64,000 nucleotides of DNA. It comes from Lytechinus pictus (taxonomy: Eukaryota). The DNA lies in the NCBI RefSeq assembly GCF_037042905.1, contig NC_087247.1:24304001-24368000 (forward strand). Reading direction: 5' to 3'. This document shows positions 36,501 to 50,800 of the stretch, piece by piece; position 1 is the stretch's first letter, and each line of letters starts with the position of its first letter. A model generated the notes under the pieces. That model was not told where the DNA came from. It did no database searches and saw nothing but the letters and a program-made list of their open reading frames with translations. A program made the translations under genes and the position numbers.

Positions 36501-39500
36501 TTACGACCATTTTCTTGATTTTTTTTTTTAGATTCTAGAAGTCAGATAACTTTGTCATTTTGTATGTGTATGGATCCTTTCAATTGTATATTTCTACCTT
36601 GCTGACTACTGAATACTCACAGAGAAGGTTCAACATGGGAGCCTTTAATGAAAAGTTTTGTCATTGATTTTATCTGCCTAATTTATTCCCAGCCAATCAG
36701 ATAAGCTTATAACAAGTGAAAGTCACTTTGACACAACTCTTCTTGAAATGCTCCTGTATTCCCTGTAGCTCGCCGGTGTACAATCAAGCATTTTTATTTA
36801 AGATTTGAACGAAAACGCAGTAGAATATAATCAAGTGACATTTTTGTGTGGGATTAATGATAGTTTGATATGGGAACATGAATGTGACTAAGAGTGACCA
36901 CCATTGTCTCTTTATTTCTTTACAGCTGCTGTTAGTTCCCTGGCCAAATTTGGAGCCCACTGTGAGGAGTTGCTACCCAGCATTGTGGTTCTGCTTGAAA
37001 GGTAAATAAATTGTCTCTTAGCCTGTCCAAGCATTGTGATTTTGGTGCATTTATTATATCTTAATGATGCAATCCCAAGCAAAAAATAGAAATTGACATG
37101 CCATACACCAATTTTATGTTTTGTTTTCCTGAATCCTGTATGGTCCCATCCCCATGGCTTAATCTTATTTTATATATAATTAGTTTGTTTTATTTAAATT
37201 CCAGTAAGGTTTTGTCAATATCTGTCTAATATCTTCTTGATCTAATTAGTCTATCCGCTGGTAGAACAGTTTCCTAACTGAAGTAGCTACCCTTGGTAAA
37301 TAAAACATTATTATTATTTGATAAGCTTATAATAGACCTAAGAGTTGTGACACAAACAAATAAAGATGAAAAATGAAATTTTGATATCACAATGGAATAT
37401 TATGTCCTGAATTGGTCTGTGCTACTTAGGATTCTTCATTAAGATTGAAGCACATTTATTTATCGAAGCTTGTTTATTAACATAATTCGAGTAATTTGTT
37501 TCACCACATATAAGCAGTATCTAATCCAAGCTCAAGTTGCTATAAACCTAAACATTTTGTTGAATTGTGTTTGGATTAGACAAAGTTTTATTTCATCCAT
37601 TTGATATTGACCTTCATCTTATTGTTTGTTTCCTATCAGATCTTTGCTTGACTCTGATGATGAGGTTCGTGATAGAGCTACCTTCTATTTGAGTATCTTG
37701 AAGCACAGCCAGAAGCCACTTAACTCAGCTTATATCCTGAATGGTAACATCCACTTGATTATCTACTTTCCTCTTTATGCTTCTACCCTAGAGGATTCTT
37801 GGGCCATTATGTTATAGGGTTGTCTCCTCATAGCAACCATTGAATGCAATACCTTGAAGAAGCTGTGTCTAAACAAAAAAAAATCTGTGTATGTAATATG
37901 AAATGACTACATCTTCAGAAATATTGGTGTCTAGTTTTCAGATTCTGGAATTTGGAGGAATTTCATCATTGGAATTATAATTTTTGTGGAAATGCAAAAT
38001 GAAATATCCTTCTAATTTGGGATGTAATTCCAAATTTGAACTCTATTTGTATTTGAACATTGATTATTTTGGATCCATGCCATTTGAATCTGTGAATGAA
38101 TTTGTTTTTCTTCTACTATTTGATCTTAGGTTTGAGTGTATCCATTGCTGGACTAGAGAGGGCGCTTCACCACTACACCCTATCTCCATCGGAGACTCCA
38201 TTCGACATAAAGACTGTACCCATTGAGACACAGCCGTTGACAGAGCAGAAACCAATCTGTGAGTTCGAATCCAATATTGTTATGATCTTTGGAGTATTTT
38301 TTTTAATATTTAGACAAAATCAAGATGGTAAAATTCACTGTGATGTTTGCACACTGTGTACTTTAAGCTACTCAAGAGATGTATATATTCTGATTTGATC
38401 GGTGACCCAAAGGCCTGTATTCTGAACTCTGGTTGTGGTTTAACAATAGACAGCAAATCGTGACACAAATCTCTAACAGTACCGATTCAATTCATCAGCT
38501 CATTTGACCCTTAAATCAATTGTTTGAGAATGATAATTGAATTACTTTTCTTGATTATTAAAGCAAAGCAAAACAAAATATTGAACATGAGAAATATGCA
38601 ATATAAACAATTTCTTTTATTTTATGGCTTCCGAAAATCAAGTACACCTTGTGACTATGGTTTAAGTTAAACTGGACTCAGAATATGGGCCATATCGTTA
38701 ATCCATTTCTTATTGCTTGTATATTTTTTTAAATGCCTCATAATTAGTATAATTTTGTGTTTTTCTTCCATCTGATCAATTCAGCTGACATTGCTCCTGC
38801 TATGTCTAAACAAGAGAAAATGGCTCCTCCTACTCAAGATATTTATGCTGGTAAGTTGCAGTAAATATTTTCAAACACAATCACAATATTCATTTTAAGA
38901 ATACTATCTCAGACTGTATGAGAATGATATCAGATATTTTGTTGACTTGCATATTTGAACACTGTATTGGTCAGAATTGTGATTACTGCTTTGTATTTGC
39001 CATTCATCTTTAGTATTGAAGGTTTTAATATTGTTTTTACGATAAACAAGCAAATAGTAAAGGAATTGTTTGTTGTTTTAATAAAGGGGGATGAGGAAGC
39101 AAGAAACAATTTTCAGGCTCTTGTTTTCATTTTCTTGGTTCAATTTCCATTTCCATATATCTACTTTTAGATCAACTGAAAGCTATTCCCGAAATTGCTG
39201 AATTGGGACCACTGTTCAAGTCGTCAGTAAAGCCTGTTGAGCTCACTGAGTCAGAGACTGAATACATGGTTGGATGCATCAAACATACATTCCCAGAGCA
39301 CATTGTGTTCCAGGTAATTTCTTTTCATTGGTTGTTTGTATTTCATGCCACACAGAATTCATAATCTGTACATATGGATTAAGATATGTACTAGATCTGC
39401 AAGCTTTTTCTGTGTGAGAACAAAATGATTTTTTTTTCCCCCGAGCGTTGAAGGGGGGAGGGTCTCTTGCATTCCATCATGAAGTTTACATTAATAGCTC

Positions 39501-42011
39501 ATGGTGGACTGCAAGTGTCCCAATTGGTTACAATTTCGTGATCTGAAAGGCAAGTATCCATAATTATTTACAAATACAGTAAGTCTGCATTAAGTCACAC
39601 TTATTGGAGTTGAAGGAATTCTTCAGATTCTTCAGACCTGAATATGCAAAGCATGTGTTCATTTACATCTTCCAAGTTGAATTTCTCCCGAGTCGAACAG
39701 ATGTCTCTCGTCCCAAGAGATTTGGCCTGGGTAGATCCACCTGTAACTCAAAAGAAGTAGCTACATACTTCCAAAGCTCTCTGGAAAAAGACAGGGGTCG
39801 TTGAACATGATAATAGGATAATAAGATATCATTTAAGATAATGGTGTTGTATCATTGTAGTGTCATGCCCATAACACATAGAACCTAGTTTAATTATAAC
39901 AAAACTCTGCATCTCTATTCAGTTTGACTGCACCAACACATTGAACGACCAGCAGCTTGAGAATGTCACTGTACAGATGGAGTCTGCTGAAGGTTTTGAG
40001 GTACAACAGTACATTCCTGCACCCGTCCTCAAGTACAACCAACCAGGTACAACCTACACCGTGGTGCAGATGCCTGATGATACCTCCGATGGTAAGATCT
40101 CAACACACTTACATAAACAATGGGCTCAAGTATATTGTACCCATAGTATTAACAGTTGATATAATAAGAGTGCATGCATTAGTGGACTCTTTCGTAATTT
40201 TAGTGTAATTGATACATGAAATATGCATAATCTATGGTTTCAAACCACACATTCAAAACCACCTTTGTGAATGACTTGGGGCAGAAGGCTAGATCATAGA
40301 TGAGTTAATGAGAAGTCCTGGCGGCGATGAGTAGATGAAATGAGTATTGACATCATGGGCAGCTTGACTCTCCTTCATCAGAAGTGACGGACAGTGATGT
40401 ATCTTGTCCATAATAACATCCTTTTTTTTAATCAATTTTATGGAAGTAACATGTAATCTGTAATTTTCCGGTTTGAATTATAATTTCAATGACTTGTTTA
40501 TCATTTATTCTATGTCCATAGTATCGAGTGCATTTAGCAACACACTGAAGTTCACTGTGAAAGACTGTGATCCTAACACAGGAGAGCCTGATGATGAGGG
40601 TTACGAAGATGAATATGTGGTGAGTATGTATCATTAAACTCTTTACTGGATCCTGCTTTGTAAGGTGTTATCAAGAGTAAAATGATAGAAGTCTGTGACA
40701 AATTTGCTTTGGACATATAAAATCACTTTTCAACTGTAAATAGCTAGTAGCATTATAAAGATATGTCATGAAACACTTCCAAGAAGAGTGCCTGAATAAA
40801 AATGCATTCTGCAAGTCCTTAATGCATGCTTCAGTTTGGCTTAAAAAATGTATTCATTTGTTGAAATGATATTATAATGCAGTGTATTTATGAATCTGTT
40901 TTCAGTTGGAGGACATTGAGATCACCTTGTCAGATCACATGCAACGAGTACTGAAACCAAACTTCATGGCATCCTGGGAAGAAGTAGGCGATGAAAATGA
41001 AATGGAGGAGACCTATGGTCTGGCATCCAAGAGTCTTGAAGGTAAGATAATGGATGGAACAAGAGCCCTGTAAAATGAAGCTAAGTGATTGACTGTGGGC
41101 CTGATTTTTATGATTGATTACATTGATTATTGTGTATGATCAATCATGAAAATAAAATCCATTATCAATTGCTAATCTTTAAGCTAAGGGACAGGGTTCC
41201 GTTTCATAAATACATGTTATAGTAACAAATGCACAATTTCTATGACAAGTTCACTATCAGCCAATCAAATTGAATAATTTCAGTTGCTATGTACTGTTAT
41301 TGCCATTTGTTATTTGAACACATCTTATGAAAGGAGTCCCAGATGTCTGCTCAGGACCACAGGTTTAGCATTTCTTGTGAACATTAGATTGTATCTGTTC
41401 TCTGGAGTCCTGTACAGCAATCTTTGAGAATGTTTTTTTTTTTTTTTTGGGGGGGTACACTATTTTAAGAATGAAAGAATATCTGTATGAAGTCAATTTA
41501 GCTCCCCTCCCCTTTACTATAAATACTCCAAAGGTCATTACGGTTTGGGTTATTTGCAGACTGAATAATGACTCTGATCATATGTTGACTCACTGATGAA
41601 ATATCCAATCAGTCTTTAATCCAATTTTAAAACTATTTCATGTTATTGAATTTAATATAGGGTGCAGTTGGCAGATGTGCTCACATCGTTGTATAACAGG
41701 TTATTTTTGTCATAAATAGCTAAAAGGAATTGTTACATTTCATTTCCCATCCTTAATCTTCAATCTTGTTCCAATCCACAGAGGCCGTCAAAGACATCGT
41801 CTCCTTCCTGGGTATGCAGCCTTGTGAACGATCAGACAAGGTGAGTGAAGGCAGGAGCTCTCATACCCTCTACCTTGCCGGTGTGTTCCGTGGTGGCCAT
41901 GACACCCTGGTCAGAGCACGTCTTGCCCTACAAGACACCATCACCATGCACATAACAGTCAGGAGCGGTGACCCGGTGGTCAGTGAACTTATCGCATCGT
42001 CTGTTGGTTAA
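27273..42011 (+). CDS. COPG: Coatomer subunit gamma (gamma-COP), about 870 aa
   Basis: 21 GT-AG exons in continuous frame: 27273-27309, 28434-28480, 30297-30377, 30958-31029, 31733-31888, 32494-32586, 32950-33153, 33837-33877, 34195-34249, 34818-34964, 35498-35782, 36106-36349, 36926-37001, 37640-37743, 38130-38258, 38785-38850, 39171-39313, 39923-40091, 40522-40619, 40906-41041, 41782-42011 (2613 nt). Protein starts [33 protein letters not shown] and contains [44 protein letters not shown] and [11 protein letters not shown]. Confidence 0.97.
29078..29660 (-). mobile_element. Kolobok-like MITE, copy 2 (COPG intron 2, inverted relative to copy 1)
   Basis: TTAA TSD (29074-29077, 29661-29664), same TIRs; near-identical reverse complement of 26503-27086. 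Confidence 0.85.
33484..33521. repeat. (TA)n microsatellite
   Basis: Direct reading. Confidence 0.9.
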
Positions 42012-43396
42012 TCAATGTCATGGTGATGGAAGATGCCGCATACAGGATAACATGTTATGAATTAAGGTTTAAATTAATATTCGAACTAGAGATATATGAA
42101 AGAAATATAGTAAACTTGAAATTTAGTGCTGACCGTTTAAAACGATTATATTAGATAGAGGGGGTTTGAAATATTCTGGGAGTACCTGGTAAGTTTGAGT
42201 ACTTTGGAGATGCAAAGACTTGGGGTGATTATGTTCTCCAATTTAGTATTAGGTACTTACAAATACGTGCTTTTATCTGCATGGCCAACTCATTTTACAA
42301 TATTGGTAAATTTTTAACCTAACTAAAATACCCAAATATCATAAGAAATACAGGTTACAAATTACAAATGTTATTTTTCAAATGGTTGTCATATGATTTT
42401 CCAAAGCATAGTTCCCTTGCTTAGAATTCTTGAAAGAATTTGGCATGTAGATTTGCCCCCCAAATTCTTCTCTCAAGCTTAAATGTAACGGCCATTTATG
42501 TGTTAAGAAGTAATTTATTGTTCCTTGGGCCATGGGTCAAGAATGAATTCTAGCATTCAAGTTGTTTGTTTTGCAATTTACAAATTTGCAGATATCAATG
42601 AAATAAGTTTGATATTCTTCCTCCAAAACCAGTTGTATTCTGAAAAGAAGTTCACATGAAAATTTTAAGTTATGATTCAGATTGACTACTTGGCATTTAT
42701 ATTTTGCATAGATCCAGTCAATTATAAATGGATTTAGAAGGGGAAAAATTCTGGTATCATTGATTTATTTTGATGTGTGAAAACTAAGCTTTTAAAGGTA
42801 CACAACTGCTGCATTTTAGCAACGATTTCAGGCCTGATATTGTGGTTTTTGGATACGTTTAGTTGTAAAAATGTTTGCTTTCATGCAAGTGATCAAGAAT
42901 TCCATCTTGAAAGTGCATTAAGAGATGAATTTTAAAATGTGTTTCTGCTGTGATGGACAAATAGGATAACAATGTGAAGGATCCTCTTGAATGCATTAAG
43001 AGGCTTCTATTATCCATTTGAAAAAAAAGCCATACTGCTCAGCACACTGTGGAAAAGCAGAGATGGAATAGCAGAAGAAAAAAAATTGATCAAACACTTG
43101 CAGTGATTACATTACAAAACTTAAGCACAAATCATTGATTTCGAGTATATCTAGGCTCTGAAACTTGCTTGAATGCAGCTTATAATTAGAAATATAAGGT
43201 TCAGCATTTTTAATTGATATTTCACTCTGCCCTTCCCTTCTCTATTAATGACAGTCCCTTTTTACTGGTTGAATTCAAAGTATTGTGATATGATCTAGTG
43301 TAATGAATTATTGTTGTTACTGCTTACTGTAAGCACAATTTTGTGTACTATCACACTTCCTGTCACATATACGTAATATACATGTAATCATGCTTC

Positions 43397-43402
43397 AATA
43401 AA
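43397..43402 (+). terminator. Candidate polyadenylation signal of COPG
   Basis: First AATAAA I could find downstream of the COPG stop; preceded by TGTA elements and followed by a T/GT-rich tract at about 43433-43457. Confidence 0.5.
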
Positions 43403-43746
43403 GTATAGTCTAAAGAAATGGTTGCGAAGTAAATTTTGTTTATTATTGCTTGTTGTATAATATAAACGCATATATACTGACAACATGAGTGTATGGGTGA
43501 CTTCAAATACAAGACATGCCTCTCATACTCTGTAAAACTTCTAATTCAAAATCATCAGCATATGACTCCTCTCTTAAAAATATGGGTTTTTCATTGTATT
43601 GTACATAGATAACAATATTATTCATGTAAAAAAATGTTTTTACTGTGTGAAAGACAGAGAATACGACACCACATGAGGCTATAAGCTTAAGAAATGACAA
43701 AAATATGAAGTAAATAGGTCATAAATCAAAACAATCAACAATTATA

Positions 43747-44236
43747 GGCCTTATCAGTCACAAAACCAAATGAATAACTAATTCCTCTGCATTTTGTTCA
43801 AAGCAAATAGGGTATTCTTTTTGTTTAATAGTGTAAAAGAATAAAATACCACTTTGATATGTTAGCCATGTATTATGCAGGAATAATGCTTTATTAAATT
43901 CCTTCTTGTGAGCATACAGTAAAATACAGTGCATTCTGCTTCGCTAATGCTGTAAAATATTGTAACAGATTTTAAAATGAAGTTGTATTTTAATTTACCA
44001 CAAGTCAGGTTAAGATAAAAAGGGACTTTATCTGATGTATGAAGTAAATTTATATTGCACTATGTGAATGATAAATATTAGCACTAACTCTATATTAGCT
44101 AAAGTTAATACATGGCTAACATGTCAAAGTGGTATTCTTTTACACTATTATTCAACAAATTAATACAGGTACCCTGTTTGCTTTGAACAAATTGCAGAAG
44201 AATTTATTGTTCATTTAGTTCTGTGACTGATAAGGC
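43747..44236. mobile_element. MITE with imperfect TIRs of about 130 bp (Harbinger-like ends)
   Basis: GGCCTTATCAGTCACA...ATACCACTTTGATATGTTAGCCATGTATTA is mirrored by TAATACATGGCTAACATGTCAAAGTGGTAT...TGTGACTGATAAGGC. Confidence 0.7.
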
Positions 44237-44881
44237 AACTTAAAAATAATCTGGGCAGTGTGAATGAAATTCTCCAAAGCAATACACCTAACTTTGCAAA
44301 ACAACCCCGTAAGTTCATTAATGTGCAAAGAATAATTGATCTTGATAGGCAAAAATTGTAAAATGTCTTGTCCAATCTACAAACCATCATATATGCACTT
44401 TTGCACTCTGCCTATTGAAATACCCTCACTTGCCACATGTATTGTACCATTTACACAATGTGTGACGTGTACAGAATTGAGTTTTTATAGACTTTATGGT
44501 ACATGATTTGTGAAAGTGTGCCGTATAAACCTCCATTTTATATCAAAATATCAGCCACAAATGATTCAGAACAACGAAAGTTCAATTACCAGAAATCAAT
44601 GATTCGTGTAAATGGGACAATATATATGGTGAGTGAGGGTACATTTAAAAATAAATAATAGCAAATAGAATCGTTCATATCCTGGCATTTCACAAAGAAA
44701 TGTGCAATGAATTTTGCCAGTTTCACTGGGAACATGATTTATGAACATATGAGAAAAGGACTAGGATGTAATCGTGACAGATTTCAATCAAGTACAAAAC
44801 GGTTCACTACTTTTAAAACATGGAATATTTCAGTAATAATGCAGACAACAAATCCTGTGCTTATGGATAACTAACAAAGTG

Positions 44882-47800
44882 TCATCTCCGCGACTGGATC
44901 ATGTGACCTTTATATGTTGCCATGGCACCAAGCACTGAGAGAAGAATCATGAGATAGATCATACTTTGCCATCCAAATAGCTCAGCCACTATGCCAATAA
45001 CAGGGCCTTCTATGATTGTGCCTGTTGTTCCAATACCTGGAATATCATTGTGAGATAGAGAAGAGAAGAGGAAAATTCACTTGAATTATGATTTTACAAA
45101 CAATTCAACGTGCTTGTAAAAGTAGGAGTTCCATTATCAATGGATAATTTCAAGAATGATGTTTAATGAGCCCCAAACCCAACCCCACCCTGAAATTCTA
45201 TTATTCTTTTTAACTTCAAATGAACTATTGAGAGCAAAATTTGTCATCTATTGCAACTTCTATGAAAACCTTGATTTTGACTGACTATTTGGCACTGTTA
45301 CTATGCATAAAACATTGGTTACAGAAATTACCATCGGTAGTAAGTTGCCCCTGTTAAATATCATGCAATAGAGTCTTTATTTACATTTTTGAAAAAATAA
45401 ACTACCATTGAACAAGCTAAGTAGAGCTTAATTCATCATCAAATATGGATGATTAGCAGAAGACTTGCATTGTCAAATGACCCAATCAAAATAAAAATCT
45501 GAGACATTTTTTGCAATTATGATGCATGTTTGACAGAGAGTGAAATAGAGAGGGAGATATATAGTGAGAAAGGTTTTGAAATATGTGAAATACACAGGTG
45601 AAAAGGGATCCCATGCATATGTCTTTGCAATTCTCCCAATTAAGACTTCAAAAATTTGATTTCTATCTAATGAAATTAATTAGGGTGCTAGGTATCCGAA
45701 CAGTGCACAGATAAACAAGGCTTTATGCTGTTCATGAAGAAGACCATCTTTCTTACCATTGACAAAGCCAGCTACTGACGCCTGGATATCCATACCGCCT
45801 TGCTCCCCCAACGCAGAGGGGATGGACCCAGTGAGGATGGGGTCTACTCCACAGTTGAAGGCTCCTGCCAATAACATAAAGGACTGGTTCAGTAACACAC
45901 TGTGTCTGGTTGTGGAATAGAATCCAATGAAACTCAATGCGCTGAGGAGGATACAGAGGCTGGTCCCTTTGAATGCCCTATCTTGCAGGAATCTGGTGGA
46001 TAATGAATTATAAACTGAAGACTTTAGTTAAGATGAGGATATAGAGAATATACAATCCACAGAGGTAACTGGCAGCATTGTAGCTTTCTGGTGGATGAAC
46101 TCTCCCCCCAAGAGTCCCAAGCATTTATTGGCCTATAAAGAGTGAGACCAAAGAAGAAAGAGGGATAAGATAGCCTTAATAATATATGTATTTGTGTTTT
46201 TAAAGAAAAATGAAAAAAAAAATGGAAAAAGGGACTTAAAAATCACCCCACTATGTTTAATTGGATAATTGTCTCTCCAGTATGCATACATGAGCCAAGT
46301 TTCAAGTAGACCCCTCAAAGCAATTCTTCATTTATGGTGACATGGATGTTTTAATATACTGTATATAATAAAATAAGACCTTACATTTTTAAAATTACAA
46401 TGATGTTTCAAAATCTTAACCTTAAGATGTTGGTCACTAACACTTGGAAAAGCAACACTGATCTCTTTTACTCCTGCTATGCAGATGAGACACCTCCCAA
46501 CACAGACTGAAGAGTTGTTATGACAATATTTTCAAGTTACAACACTCAATGCCAACCACCTCCTACTATTCATTACCTGGTTATAAGGTACCCCACTGAT
46601 GCACTTCCTATGACTCCTCCAATCTCAAATATAGTTGAATATAATCCAGCTTCTGTTTGGCTGTATTGAAGCTGGATAAAGAAGAGGTATTATAAAGCAC
46701 GCATTTTGCATGATTTGTTCTAACCCAATTTCTTTGACTTGGGCAAATATTTGACTTATGGTAGGTCAACTTACATGTATGCGAGTTAACCTGTAATTCC
46801 CATCAGAAAGATGACTTTAAATCCTACACATTTTCAGAGAAAGGTTGTCATCCTATGCATTTCTGTTATCCTTCCATATACTACGGATTAATACAGACCT
46901 CAATAGAAATTGATAAATTAGAAATGACCATTAACAAAACAGATTGGGAGGAGTGATATTGGAAGAAAATTACTTTTGATGCATTATATTCGCAAGCACA
47001 ACAAGGATTTTCTTCTTCATATTTCCTCTTTGCTATCATCACTCGACCATTTTGTTCAAACTTTTGAATGGTATTTGGTTATCAAACCAATACTACACTG
47101 TAATGTTCCATTGGCCTTTTCTAGATTATGTTAGAATGATTCCTACTTCTTTCCATTCAGATAATGAAGAAAATTAATACCTTAACATTTGACTATTTGA
47201 TACATGCTGTGTTACAAACCTCTTGGTGAAGATACAATGGGAGCCACATAAACATACAATATCTGACAATCTTAATACAGAATGTTGCTATGGCTGCTTC
47301 TTTCACCATTCTGCAAGAGAGATGGAGAGAGAGAGAGAGAGAGGCAGATGCACACAGAGAGAAAGAGACACAGAAAGAGATAGAATGAGTGGAGAAAGAG
47401 AAAAAGTGTTATTAAACCAATCATAGATGATGCTATATCTTTCATGTGTTGATGTTCAATTAGTGGGGGTTATAGGATTCCTTGTTATAATTCAATGGAT
47501 AAGAATCAGGATTGCATGATATGCTATGAATGAAATCAAAAAAATATATAGGCCTATACATGTAATTCTGACTTGTCAAGGTATTGCCGATGAATATTCA
47601 CATAAAATAAAAAGACAATGAGAAAATCAACAACTTACGGTAGTGACCACAATTTCATCCATGGTAGAGTACTTGATGATTGCTTGGGATTAAGACCTGG
47701 TAGTGCTTCTAAGAGAGAAATATCAAGTTAATTTTATAATAATAATGGTGATGTCTTATTGAGTGCACACACCGTCCAGAGACGCTCATGGCGATAGCAC

Positions 47801-50800
47801 GCAGCAACAGTTCCAGAAAAATAAACAGAAAATGCAACCAATGAACAACATTTATTTTTCTATCACATTTTCATTTCTTTGGGAAGTAAAAGACAATGGT
47901 ATAAACTATTGGTCATTAAAAAAGTGAGGTGACTGCCTGGGCAAGTCTCACTGTGGCATTTGTGAATCTCTCTAGACATGTCTAACAATGTCTCAGTCAA
48001 ATCTGATGGCAGGGCATAATGTATATGAATGAAAATGACTAATGAACAGCTCTAGGAATATCATGTTTTGGTTTTAGTTTCAGAATCTAAAAATCTTGCT
48101 TTTCAGATGCTAAATTGGGCTTCACATTGGGCTGTAATTCTCAGTTATTACAACATGGCATCGATGAAAAAAATTATTTTGCATGTTTTTCTTAATACAC
48201 AAAAATATTATCTCAACTTTCCAATTGAATAACAATAATTACTCAGAAGGTTGCTGAATACAGTGTTTTATAAGAAATTCTTATAGAAACAATTAAAACA
48301 CAGTACTGAACACAGATGCTGATTCAAGTTGCTGGCACATGCAAGGCTGCATCAAGTAAATTACTTCTATTCAAGGCAATACAACAACAAATAAACAGGT
48401 TTGAATCATGTCAACCATGTAAAAAGGGAACTTGTTTTCATAAATATATATATAATTGCAACCTGCTATAAGGTCATCGTTTATAAGAAATTTTAAGAAA
48501 ATCATGATGTTATAATAATTGAATTTGTTCTTTTGTAATGTAATCTCCTCACCTTGCGCAGTTTCAGTTAGTGGTATTCCCATTGGAGGTTCTATCAGCA
48601 TCACAACAACTAAGACACCTACAAAACACTGTTGATGTGATAGCGAGGAGAGAGATAAAAAAAATATGTGAGATCGAAGAACTGTAGGTAGAAAGGGTGG
48701 GGTCAGACAGAGAGGGAGAGATCTTGGAGAGAGAAACGAAAAGAAAAACAAGTGGAATGCCTCTGGCCGTCTCACCTGCATCACACGATTCAATATAGCA
48801 GCAGTGCTGATTTTGAAAACTACTATAACTCGCACAAGATGTTCAGTGATACTTGGTTACTCTTATTTCCACGTTTTATGAACTAGACCAATACACTTAT
48901 AGAGATATGATGGCAATTCAACAAATACCCCCAACGTGGCCAAAGTTCTTTGACCTTACATGACCTTTGACCTTGATCATGTGACCTGAAACTCGCACAG
49001 GATGTTCAGTGATACTTGATTACTATTATGTCCAAGTTTTATGAACTAGACCAACACACTTTCAAATTTATGGCTGTAATTCAACAAATACCCCAATTTG
49101 GCCAAAGTTCATTGACCCTAAATGACCTTTGACCTTGATCATGTGACCTGAAACTTGCACAGGATGTTCAGTAATACTTGATTACTATTATGTCCAAGTT
49201 TCATGAATCAGATCCATAAACTTTCAAAGTTATGATGGTAATTCAACAGATACCCCCAATTCGGCCAAAGTTCATTGACCCTAAATGACCTTTGACCTTG
49301 GTCATGTGACGTGAAACTCATGCAGGATGTTCAGTGATACTTGATTAACCTTATGTATAAGTTTCATGAACTAGGTCCATATATTTTCTAAGTTATGATG
49401 ACATTTCAAAAACTTAACCTTAGGTTAAGATTTTGATGTTGATTCCCCCAACATGGTCTAAGTTCATTGACCCTAAATGACCTTTGACCTTGGTCATGTG
49501 ACATGAAACTCAGGCAGGATGTTCAGTAATACTTGATTAACCTTATGGCCAAGTTTCATGAACTAGGTCCATATACTTTCTAAGTTATGCTGTCATTTCA
49601 AAAACTTAACCTCAGGTTAAGATTTGGTGTTGACGCCGCCGCCGCCGTCGCCGCCGCCGTCGCCGTCGCCGCCGCCGTTGCCGTCGGAAAAGCGGCGCCT
49701 ATAGTCTCACTCTGCTATGCAGGTGAGACAAAAACTGTTGGAAAATGTGAGAACGGGGATAACGGAATAATGAAAATCAACATATGTACATTACAGATGC
49801 ATCAGAGGGTTGATGCAATAGTAAATAATAAAAAAATATTAGTACATCAATTACAAATGCAATATGGTTTTAAAAGGTGCATGACATTTGAGGGTCAAAT
49901 ATTCAAGCATTTCTATTAAAATGACTTCATAATATCAGGTACATATTGATAAATCAGACTATACTAGGAGAGGTATTTCTTACCACAAATATTGATGGAA
50001 TGAAGAAAGTCGTTTGCCAGTTGTATGTTGCCCTCAGGTAGACCTGCATCAATGGTAACAAACACAGATCTTTTTAATCACTGATCACAAAAAGTAGATA
50101 TCTTTGTTTGTTGAAAATCATAATTCACTATCAAAATTCATCACATACAGATTCTATAATCCAGAAGTTGTTCAGTAATATATGTTAATGTATATATTTT
50201 TATCTTTATTCCTATATGCCTGTATGATGTTATTGGTTTTTACTGTTTGTATAATGGAGGCATCAATTCATAAGACATTGTTCTTCTAAGCAGTCTCTGT
50301 ATTCTATTTCATTGTATATTTCTTTCTTTGTATTTTTTTTATTTTTAAAGAAAATAAACTGAAAATATTAAGAGATGAGGATGGGATTTGACAACATATT
50401 CATGCACACTCAAAGATGCTCTTGCTTAACATACCTTCAACTCATCACATCACATCATATTCCCACTTACAGGTAACTTTGCCTAAGTTGAATCTATTGG
50501 GACCACATGAATCTTTTTTACTTATATTTGAAATTTTTGAGAAAAATTTGAAATGAAAGAGATAAAAAACATGTGTTTAAGTCTGATAAATTTTGCTCCA
50601 ACTTGGGCTAATATTCAACTTATGGAAGGTTTACTAAATGCAAGTTTACCTGTGCATTATAAGTAACTCTTAGCCATCTCACGCCAAGTTACAGCTACTT
50701 GCCCAAAAAATTGTCATCCTTTGAATTTGGCATTTCTATAAAATCAATATAATAAACTAACAACTTGATGTGAAGATGAACTGAGAGACTTACAGCTACT

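Noticed and set aside
27310-41781. Intronic snoRNA or tRNA genes in COPG introns
   Set aside because: No convincing paired C/D boxes with terminal stem, H/ACA hairpins or cloverleaf seen by eye; a covariance-model scan would be needed.
49587-49919. Poly-alanine ORF
   Set aside because: Derived from the (GCC)n microsatellite of the Helentron-type element.
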